Assembly (NCBI GenBank): GCA_965279515.1
Contig: CBDIID010000003.1
Location: forward strand, 4,776,724 to 4,840,723
DNA: 64,000 nucleotides
DNA from: Turneriella sp.
GTDB taxonomy: Bacteria > Spirochaetota > Leptospiria > Turneriellales > Turneriellaceae
Reading direction: 5' to 3'
This document shows, piece by piece, positions 56,498-64,000 of the stretch; position 1 is the first letter of the stretch; the number at the start of each line of letters is the position of its first letter. The notes below the pieces were generated by a model. It did no database searches and was not told where the DNA came from. It saw nothing but the letters and a program-made list of their open reading frames with translations. Position numbers and translations under genes: made by a program.

Positions 56498-58008
56498 GCC
56501 GCCATTTGCTGCTTGTTCTCGACCATTTTGCGCACAAAATGATAATGCATCGCCTCGCGTATGCACAGCTCATTGACCGCCACGCCGTCAAAATCGGCGA
56601 CTGATTTCGCCACCCTCAGCACATTCAGCCAGGAACGCATTGTCAGCCGTTCACTGGCAGCATAGCGTTCGAAGATTCGTGTCGGGTTCAGCTGGGCAAA
56701 CAGGTTGTAGAGTGTAGCAGCCTCCATTTCGTTATTCAAGAGCCCGTTGTTGTCGCGGCGCGAAAGTGCGCGCGCTGCGGCGATACGCGCAGATAGTTCA
56801 GCGGTGGTGAATTGTGTCTGTGCGTCATGGGTCTCGGGTAAATCGTTCAGGTTGAGTTCGATCGAGATGCGGTCGAGAAAAGGCCCGACAATTTTCGAGA
56901 ATTGCGAGAGGCTGGTGCGCGACGGACAGCCACACTTCAGCTCGCGTGAAAATAATTTGCCGCAGCGGCACGGGTTTGCCGCGGCGATGAGCTGAAAATC
57001 CGCGGGGTAGGTGACATGGCCACGCGCCCGTGCGATCGAAATCTTTTTTTCTTCCAGTGGTTCCCTGAGGCTCTGCAATGCCTCGTTGCGGAACTCGGGC
57101 AATTCATCGAGAAAGAGTGTGCCCGTATGCGCGAGGCTGATTTCACCCGGCTTCGCTGTAGTGCTGCCACCGACGAGGGCCGGGGTCGATGTCGTATGGT
57201 GCGGCGAGCGAAACGGACGTGTGCGTATCAGTTCACCTTCGGTGAGCCCTGCGATCGAATAGATCTGCGTGGCTTCAGCCGCCTCGTCGAAAGTCAGCGG
57301 GGGTAATAGGTGGCGGTAGGCACGCGCGAGTAAACTTTTTCCCGAACCGGGAGATCCCACCATGAGCACATGGTGCCTGCCGACGGCGGCGATGGCCAGC
57401 GCGCGTTTTGCCGAACCCAGGCCGAAGATCTGTTCGACAGAAATTTCAGGCTGGATGATATCGGGTTCATAGAGATGCCCTTCGCGGGGCTCGATGCCAC
57501 CCTGCGTGAAAGCGGGCAGTTCACGCAAGGATGCCAGCGAGAACACTTCGATGCTTTTAGGCGCGGTGACGCCACGCGTCTCCGATTCGGGAATGATAAG
57601 GCGGCTGACGGCGGGCTGCGATGCCGCAAAAATGGCTGCAGCAGCAATGCCGCGCGCGGGCCCCAGCGAGCCGTCGAGTGACAGAGCGCCCAGAAGCGCG
57701 GTATTCTGGAACGCTGCCTGCGGCAACTGGCCTGAAGCCACAAGTACGGCGGCCGCCATCGCCGCTTCCATGAGCCCGCCTTCTTTGGGCGTGTCATTGG
57801 GTGAGAGGTTGATGACAATATTCTTTACCGGAAAATGAAAACCGGCGTTGGTGATGGCCGAGCGAATACGGTCACGGCTTTCGCGCACAGCATGGTCGGG
57901 CAGGCCGACAATGGTGAGATTGGGTAAGCCTTGCAGTATATCCGCCTCGACGGTGATGAGGGTTGAGTTAAAGCCGGGTCTGCCGGCCGTTAAGATTTTT
58001 GCGATCAT
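56494..58008 (-). CDS. comM: YifB/ComM Mg-chelatase-like AAA ATPase
   Basis: VGLPD.AV.ES..R, INLSP, GSPGSGKS, RPFRSPHH, PGEISLAH.G.LFLDE, A.NPC.CG. Confidence 0.9.
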   Translation of the reverse strand: MIAKILTAGRPGFNSTLITVEADILQGLPNLTIVGLPDHAVRESRDRIRSAITNAGFHFPVKNIVINLSPNDTPKEGGLMEAAMAAAVLVASGQLPQAAFQNTALLGALSLDGSLGPARGIAAAAIFAASQPAVSRLIIPESETRGVTAPKSIEVFSLASLRELPAFTQGGIEPREGHLYEPDIIQPEISVEQIFGLGSAKRALAIAAVGRHHVLMVGSPGSGKSLLARAYRHLLPPLTFDEAAEATQIYSIAGLTEGELIRTRPFRSPHHTTSTPALVGGSTTAKPGEISLAHTGTLFLDELPEFRNEALQSLREPLEEKKISIARARGHVTYPADFQLIAAANPCRCGKLFSRELKCGCPSRTSLSQFSKIVGPFLDRISIELNLNDLPETHDAQTQFTTAELSARIAAARALSRRDNNGLLNNEMEAATLYNLFAQLNPTRIFERYAASERLTMRSWLNVLRVAKSVADFDGVAVNELCIREAMHYHFVRKMVENKQQMAA

Positions 58009-58051
58009 ATTAGTTTCCTATTTATTAAATACCCAAAAATGCCGGTTTTTT

Positions 58052-58080
58052 CTCACGCCCCGGAAAAAATCCGCTATACT
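58052..58080 (+). promoter_or_regulatory. Putative sigma70 promoter of acnD
   Basis: CTCACG-N17-TATACT, 74 bp upstream of the ATG. Confidence 0.45.
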
Positions 58081-58154
58081 TGTAGCGGACGGGGCAGGGA
58101 AATCGGTTCCCGATTCGGTTCTCACCCTGTCTGACTTTCGGGAAATGCACATTT

Positions 58155-60773
58155 ATGCAGGAATCGATAAATACAAAATACCGTAAGCCGCTACCCGGCA
58201 CGAAGCTCGACTATTTCGATGCGCGTGCGGCCGTGAATGAAATTGAGCCTGGCGCATACGAAAAGCTTCCCTATACTTCACGCCTCTTCGCCGAGAATCT
58301 CGTGCGCAAGTGCGACCCGGCTCTGATCACCGATGCCCTCAAACAACTCATCTACCGCAAGCGCGATCTGGACTTCCCCTGGTATCCCGCGCGCGTCGTC
58401 TCGCATGACATTTTAGGCCAAACTGCGCTTGTTGACCTCGCTGGTCTGCGCGATGCAATTGCCCAAAAAGGCGGAGATCCCTCGAAGGTGAACCCTGTCG
58501 TACCGACGCAGCTGATCGTCGACCACTCCCTCGCCGTCGAACACGCGGGTTTTGAAAAAGACGCGTTTGCGAAGAACCGTGCAATTGAAGACCGCCGCAA
58601 CGATGATCGCTTCCACTTCATTAACTGGACGGCGAAGGCATTCGAAAACGTCGACATCATCCAGCCCGGCAACGGCATTATGCACCAGATCAACCTCGAG
58701 AAGATGTCGCCGGTCGTGCACGCGCAAAATGGTGTGGCGTTCCCCGACACGATGGTCGGTACAGACAGCCACACGCCGCATGTCGATGCGCTCGGAGTAC
58801 TCGCGGTGGGAGTCGGCGGTCTCGAAGCTGAGAGTGTTATGCTGGGTCATCCATCCTACCTGCGCCTGCCCGATATCATTGGGGTCGAACTGACTGGTAA
58901 ACCCCAGCCTGGCATTACCGCGACCGACCTTGTGCTTTACCTCACCGAATTCTTAAGGAAAGAAAAGGTTGTTTCAGCTCACGTCGAGTTCTATGGCGAA
59001 GGTGTGCCGCACATGACCTTGGGCGACCGCGCGACGATATCGAACATGACGCCCGAATACGGTGCGACTGCCGCGATGTTCTTCATCGACAAACAGACGA
59101 TCGACTATCTCAAGCTCACAGGCCGCGACGACGAGCAGGTGAAGCTGGTCGAAACCTATGCGAAAGAAGCGGGCTTTTGGGCGGATAGCCTGAAGACCGC
59201 GGAATATGAGCGCGTATTGAAATTTGACCTCTCGACGGTGAAGCGCACTCTTGCCGGTCCCTCGAACCCGCACAAACGCCTGACGACGACTGACCTCGCC
59301 GAGCGCGGCGTTTCGGGTAAGTGGGATGATGTTCCGGGCCAGATGCCTGACGGCGCCGTAATCATTGCCGCGATCACAAGCTGTACGAATACTTCAAACC
59401 CCCGCAACGTCGTTGCCGCGGGCCTCATTGCGCGCAACGCCAATGCGAAGGGACTTACCCGCAAACCGTGGGTAAAATCTTCACTCGCGCCTGGGTCTAA
59501 AGTGGTGCAGCTCTATCTCGAAGATTCGAAACTTTTGCCCGAGCTCGAGAAGCTCGGCTTCGGCATCGTCGCCTTTGCCTGCACGACCTGCAACGGCATG
59601 AGCGGCGCGCTGGACCCGAAAATCGAGAAAGAAATTTTGGACCGCGATCTCTATGCAACCGCTGTGCTTTCCGGAAACCGGAACTTTGACGGCCGTATTC
59701 ACCCGCGTGCAAAGCAGGCTTTTCTCGCCTCACCGCCGCTCGTTGTGGCGTACGCAATCGCGGGAACAATCCGCTTTGATATCGAAAAAGATATTCTCGG
59801 CAATGACGCGCAGGGCAACCCTGTGCGCCTCAAGGACATTTGGCCCACAGATGAAGAAATTGACGCGATTGTAGCAAAGAGCGTTAAACCCGAGCAGTTC
59901 CGCAGTATATACGACCCGATGTTCAATACGAAAACCGACCGCAGCCAGAAGATCAGTCCCCTCTATGACTGGCGCCCGCAAACCACCTACATCCGCCGCC
60001 CGCCGTATTGGGACACGGAAGGTGTCGGCGCACTCGCTGCGTACCCGCGCACTCTGAAGAATCTGCGGCCGCTTGCAGTTCTCGGTGACAATATTACAAC
60101 CGACCACCTTTCACCATCAAACGCGATCGAACTGAACAGCGCTGCGGGAGAATATCTCGCGAAGATGGGTTTACCCGAAGAGGATTTTAACTCTTACGCA
60201 ACGCACCGCGGCGATCATTTGACCGCGCAGCGTGCAACGTTCGCGAATCCCAAACTTTTTAACGAGATGGTGCTCGATGACAAGGGTGCTGTGAAACAAG
60301 GCTCACTTGCCCGCGTCGAGCCCGAAGGCAAGGTCATGCGCATGTGGGAGGCGATTGAAACCTATATGAACCGCCACCAGCCGCTCATCATTATTGCCGG
60401 CGCCGACTACGGCCAGGGCTCGTCGCGCGACTGGGCCGCAAAAGGCGTGCGCCTCGCAGGCGTCGAAGTCATCGTCGCCGAAGGTTTTGAGCGCATCCAC
60501 CGCACCAACCTCGTCGGTATGGGAGTGCTCCCCCTCGAATTCAAGGCCGGTGAAAACCGCAATACCTATAAGATTGACGGCACGGAAGTTTATGCGGTCG
60601 AAGGCAAAATTTCACCGCGTGCGACGCTGACTGTTGTCATTACACGCAAGAACGGTGAGACGGCGAAAATTCCCGTTACTTGCCGTCTCGATACGGCTGA
60701 CGAAGTTGCGGTCTATGAGGCGGGCGGTATTCTGCAGCGTTTTGCGAATAACTTTCTGCAAAAGGGCGCTTAG
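58155..60773 (+). CDS. acnD: Fe/S-dependent 2-methylisocitrate dehydratase
   Basis: NT.YRK.LPG, DFPWYPARVV.HDILGQTALVDLAGLRD, SCTNTSNPRN, CTTCNGMSG; prpF nearby. Confidence 0.95.
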   Translation: MQESINTKYRKPLPGTKLDYFDARAAVNEIEPGAYEKLPYTSRLFAENLVRKCDPALITDALKQLIYRKRDLDFPWYPARVVSHDILGQTALVDLAGLRDAIAQKGGDPSKVNPVVPTQLIVDHSLAVEHAGFEKDAFAKNRAIEDRRNDDRFHFINWTAKAFENVDIIQPGNGIMHQINLEKMSPVVHAQNGVAFPDTMVGTDSHTPHVDALGVLAVGVGGLEAESVMLGHPSYLRLPDIIGVELTGKPQPGITATDLVLYLTEFLRKEKVVSAHVEFYGEGVPHMTLGDRATISNMTPEYGATAAMFFIDKQTIDYLKLTGRDDEQVKLVETYAKEAGFWADSLKTAEYERVLKFDLSTVKRTLAGPSNPHKRLTTTDLAERGVSGKWDDVPGQMPDGAVIIAAITSCTNTSNPRNVVAAGLIARNANAKGLTRKPWVKSSLAPGSKVVQLYLEDSKLLPELEKLGFGIVAFACTTCNGMSGALDPKIEKEILDRDLYATAVLSGNRNFDGRIHPRAKQAFLASPPLVVAYAIAGTIRFDIEKDILGNDAQGNPVRLKDIWPTDEEIDAIVAKSVKPEQFRSIYDPMFNTKTDRSQKISPLYDWRPQTTYIRRPPYWDTEGVGALAAYPRTLKNLRPLAVLGDNITTDHLSPSNAIELNSAAGEYLAKMGLPEEDFNSYATHRGDHLTAQRATFANPKLFNEMVLDDKGAVKQGSLARVEPEGKVMRMWEAIETYMNRHQPLIIIAGADYGQGSSRDWAAKGVRLAGVEVIVAEGFERIHRTNLVGMGVLPLEFKAGENRNTYKIDGTEVYAVEGKISPRATLTVVITRKNGETAKIPVTCRLDTADEVAVYEAGGILQRFANNFLQKGA

Positions 60774-60783
60774 CCCCACGTCA

Positions 60784-61284
60784 TTGAAAGCCAAGGCGAT
60801 CGACTACAGCAAAACCCTTCGTGTCAGCCAGTCGGCAAAGCATGGCCGTGGCGTGTATGCGACGGAGCAGATTCCGAAGGGCGTCCGCGTCATCGAGTAT
60901 GTCGGCAAGCGCGTTTCGGTTAAAGACAGTGATGCGATCGGCGAGCAGCAGATGCGCGTCGGAAAAAAGGGCGGCGGCCATGTTTACCTCTTCACACTGA
61001 ACAGCCGGTACGACATCGATGGCAACGTTGCCTGGAATAAGGCGCGCCTCATCAATCACTCCTGTGATCCGAATTGCGAAGTCAATATCATCCAGGGCCG
61101 CATCTGGGTGCTTGCGAAACGCGCGATTGCCGCGGATGAAGAGCTTACCTATGACTATGGTTTCAACATGGATTCATGGCAAGACCATGTCTGCCTGTGC
61201 GGCACCTCGAAATGCCAGGGTTATATTGTATCTGCCTCGCGGCGGGGCGCCCTGGCGCGCGTGCTGAAAACCGCGCGGCGTTAA
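60784..61284 (+). CDS. SET-domain protein-lysine methyltransferase with post-SET cysteines
   Basis: HGRGVYA, IEYVG, RLINHSCDPN, ELTYDY, CLCGTSKC; TTG start inferred. Confidence 0.9.
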   Translation: MKAKAIDYSKTLRVSQSAKHGRGVYATEQIPKGVRVIEYVGKRVSVKDSDAIGEQQMRVGKKGGGHVYLFTLNSRYDIDGNVAWNKARLINHSCDPNCEVNIIQGRIWVLAKRAIAADEELTYDYGFNMDSWQDHVCLCGTSKCQGYIVSASRRGALARVLKTARR

Positions 61285-61286
61285 TC

Positions 61287-61526
61287 CTAATTCTTGTTCA
61301 AAATATGGAAAATCTGATCTTTTAACGATAAACGTTTTCTTTTCAGTTCTTCCATATGTATGTCGGTCTGTAAGCTGCCCGCTTGCTCTTCCTTCTCAAT
61401 TTCATGGGTCAGGGCGCTGTGTTCATCTGCCAGTTTCTGGAAATGCCGGTCTGAGGTTTTCAGGCTGATGATTTTTTCACGGTATTCGGGAAATTCCTGG
61501 TGCAGGTCGTGGTGTTTTTCTGTCAT
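61287..61526 (-). CDS. YdcH/DUF465 family coiled-coil protein
   Basis: EFPEY..I..LK..D.HF..L..H..L..I, LK..RL.LKDQI. Confidence 0.85.
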   Translation of the reverse strand: MTEKHHDLHQEFPEYREKIISLKTSDRHFQKLADEHSALTHEIEKEEQAGSLQTDIHMEELKRKRLSLKDQIFHILNKN

Positions 61527-61649
61527 GATAGCCGCTTAAAAAGCAGCACCGGGCAGGTAAAGAAGAATAAGGGATGTATATATCTTTAAATGGCGTTTTC
61601 AGGGTGCTATTTCCCTTTTCGGCATGTCAAAATTCCCCGACCTGAACCT

Positions 61650-62828
61650 ATGAGCAGCGCACCCCAGATCAAAATCCCGGCCACGTATATGCGTGGTGGC
61701 ACAAGCAAAGGCGTCTTCTTTCGCCTGCAGGATCTACCTGCGTCGGCGCAAACGCCGGGTAAGGCGCGCGATGCTCTGCTCTTGCGCGTGATTGGCAGCC
61801 CTGACCCGTATGGCAAGCAGACCGACGGCATGGGTGGGGCGACATCGAGTACCTCAAAGACTGTTATTGTTTCTAAAAGCATCCAGCCCGATCATGATGT
61901 GGATTACCTCTTCGGCCAGGTCGCGATCGACAAGGCCTTCGTTGACTGGAGCGGTAACTGCGGTAATTTAAGCGCAGCCGTCGGCCCGTTCGCCATCAGC
62001 GGCGGTCTTGTTGCGGCGGATCGTATCCCGAAAAACGGTTTGGCGACGATACGCATCTGGCAGGCAAACATAAAGAAGACAATCATCGCGCACGTGCCGA
62101 TGACCAACGGCGAAGTCCAGGAAACCGGCGATTTCGAACTCGACGGAGTCACGTTTCCCGCGGCAGAAGTGCAGCTCGAATTTATGGAGCCGGCGGATGG
62201 CGAAGGCGCGATGTTCCCTACGGGCAATGTCGTCGATGAGCTCGATGTGCCCGGTGTCGGCAAGTTCAAGGCGACGATGATCAACGCGGGAATTCCCACT
62301 ATTTTTCTGAATGCCGAAGATATCGGCTATAAAGGTACCGAATTGCAGGGCGATATCAACAATGATGAGAAGGCCCTTGCGAAATTTGAAACCATTCGCG
62401 CCTATGGTGCGATCAAAATGGGATTAATCAAGAATATCGCAGAAGCGGCGTCACGCCAGCATACGCCGAAGGTCGCCTTTGTGGGTAAACCCGCCGACTA
62501 TGGCGCTTCGAGTGGCAAAAAAGTCGCGGCCTCTGAAATCGATCTCAATGTTCGTGCTCTGTCGATGGGTAAACTGCACCATGCGATGATGGGCACCTGC
62601 GCGGTGGCGATTGGTACTGCAGCTGCGGTGCCAGGTACACTCGTCAATCTCGCAGCAGGCGGTAAGGATCGCGAAGTTGTTAACTTTGGCCATCCTTCCG
62701 GGACACTGCGCGTTGGTGCCAAAGCTGCCAACAAAGCGGGTGAGTGGGTTGTGGAAAAAGCGATCATGAGCCGCAGTGCCCGCGTGCTGATGGAAGGTTT
62801 TGTTCGCGTGCCGGGAGATGCGTTTTAA
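61650..62828 (+). CDS. prpF: 2-methylaconitate cis-trans isomerase
   Basis: IPATYMRGGTSKG, GSPDPY.KQ.DGMGG, DWSGNCGN, SMGKLHHA, RSARVLMEG. Confidence 0.96.
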   Translation: MSSAPQIKIPATYMRGGTSKGVFFRLQDLPASAQTPGKARDALLLRVIGSPDPYGKQTDGMGGATSSTSKTVIVSKSIQPDHDVDYLFGQVAIDKAFVDWSGNCGNLSAAVGPFAISGGLVAADRIPKNGLATIRIWQANIKKTIIAHVPMTNGEVQETGDFELDGVTFPAAEVQLEFMEPADGEGAMFPTGNVVDELDVPGVGKFKATMINAGIPTIFLNAEDIGYKGTELQGDINNDEKALAKFETIRAYGAIKMGLIKNIAEAASRQHTPKVAFVGKPADYGASSGKKVAASEIDLNVRALSMGKLHHAMMGTCAVAIGTAAAVPGTLVNLAAGGKDREVVNFGHPSGTLRVGAKAANKAGEWVVEKAIMSRSARVLMEGFVRVPGDAF

Positions 62829-63535
62829 GGCGGCGAAGTCGCGAAACAATAGACGCGCGCCATCGTGTTGCACGCAACTGAGACACTAAATTCCCAATTT
62901 GTGGTCGTCGCTGCTAGATCACCGGCATTCACCACCGTCGCGTCGGCTGTTGACCAGTCACCGGGGCATGAATTCGTGTAGCCGCCCAGAGTCGTGGAAC
63001 CCGTCCAGACGTTTCCAGACGCGATATCTACTTTTTGTTCCGTGAATTTAATCGGGTTTTGTAGCGCGGTGCTAAAGGATGCTGCGGTATGCGTACTAAA
63101 AATCACGGCATCGCGCGTATTGTACCAGGGTGTCGGGATGTTTGTCGTACAGCCGACGGGATATCCAATGGAACGGCAGGGTGGGTTGTAGGCAGGCGCG
63201 CCGGCTATTCCCAGGAAAGCTTTGAATTCATGCGCGCTGTGCTTGCGCAAGTTATTTGCCGCCGCGGCTTTGGTGCAGGCACAGTCGACCTTGGCAAGGC
63301 CGGTCTTTGAATTACATTCGGCATACGGTTGTGTTGCCATATCACCTGTAGTTTGCCATGAACTGACAAATGCGTAGAAACGATCCGTAAACGTTTCACC
63401 AGCGACCCCGGGATTTTCTAATTTATTCACCAGTTCATAGTTATTGCAGCGCTGCAGGCCAGTGAGCATGGGGAGCAGAAATACCACCCGGGCTAAAACC
63501 AGGGAGATACCCGAAACAACGCTACGCTTTCTCAT
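62825..63535 (-). CDS. Putative lipoprotein with endostatin-like (DUF1554/Len-like) domain
   Basis: Signal ending in Cys; FV.....G, D..C, FKAFL, VWTG, C..W, C....YC pattern. Confidence 0.65.
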   Translation of the reverse strand: MRKRSVVSGISLVLARVVFLLPMLTGLQRCNNYELVNKLENPGVAGETFTDRFYAFVSSWQTTGDMATQPYAECNSKTGLAKVDCACTKAAAANNLRKHSAHEFKAFLGIAGAPAYNPPCRSIGYPVGCTTNIPTPWYNTRDAVIFSTHTAASFSTALQNPIKFTEQKVDIASGNVWTGSTTLGGYTNSCPGDWSTADATVVNAGDLAATTTNWEFSVSVACNTMARVYCFATSPP

Positions 63536-63661
63536 TGTTAAACCGTCGCTGGCTCGGCATTGAATGCATTGTCAAATAACTTATCTTGCGGGTTGTCCGT
63601 TGCGCGTAAGCCGGTAAGCAGTAATCACTTTACAGGCACAGGAATGGGCAGGGGATAGAAC

Positions 63662-64000
63662 ATGTCTCAGGAATATCAAGGCTCTTGCCTCTGCGGAACG
63701 GTGAAGTATAATGTCAAAGGCCCGTTCATCCGCTTCTTCTTTTGCCATTGCTCGCGCTGCCGGCGCTCGACGGGGTCTGAGCATGCCGCGAACATTTTCA
63801 CTCGTAACGGCAATGTGACTTTTATCGCGGGCGAAGATAAGATCAAACGTTTTGATTTGCCCGAAGCCGCACAGTATTCGCGCTGCTTCTGTACCGAGTG
63901 CGGAGCCCCGGTACCCTACACCAGCCGCGACGGCAAGGTACAGGTGGTGCCTGCAGGTTCTATCCCCAAATTTGCTGACCGCAAGGTCGATGCCAATGTA
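63662..64000 (+). CDS. GFA (glutathione-dependent formaldehyde-activating) family protein, truncated by the window end
   Basis: MSQEYQGSCLCG..CHCSRCRR.TG..R.FC..CG Zn-Cys pattern; absent from the ORF track because it has no stop in the window. Confidence 0.85.
   Translation, partial: MSQEYQGSCLCGTVKYNVKGPFIRFFFCHCSRCRRSTGSEHAANIFTRNGNVTFIAGEDKIKRFDLPEAAQYSRCFCTECGAPVPYTSRDGKVQVVPAGSIPKFADRKVDANV

Overview
Gene-dense bacterial chromosomal window, most likely from a Leptospiraceae spirochete such as Turneriella. This is inferred from protein families (endostatin-like DUF1554-type lipoprotein, membrane SpoIIE/PP2C sensors with the DAMGKS variant, DUF1564-like ORF); no search was run. Most of it is housekeeping or metabolic: fadD-like ligase, bioFDAB, tRNA-Asp, olsF-like acyltransferase, pyrB, hisD, gspG, transketolase N-subunit, Gld-like ABC operon, bamA, serB, mqo, NSS transporter, xerD, comM and acnD/prpF. 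The standout region is about 33.9-36.8 kb. Three AT-richer minus-strand units (GNAT, membrane protein, PIN + small partner) are separated by related palindromic attC-like junctions, with no integron integrase in the window. The array is headed by a 3x tandem double-hairpin repeat whose stems vary in sequence yet keep pairing, and whose loops read AGGA/AUGGA, like CsrA-binding hairpins. A related mini-palindrome is also inserted in a duplicated tRNA-Asp 5' half. Product calls rest on motifs read by eye.
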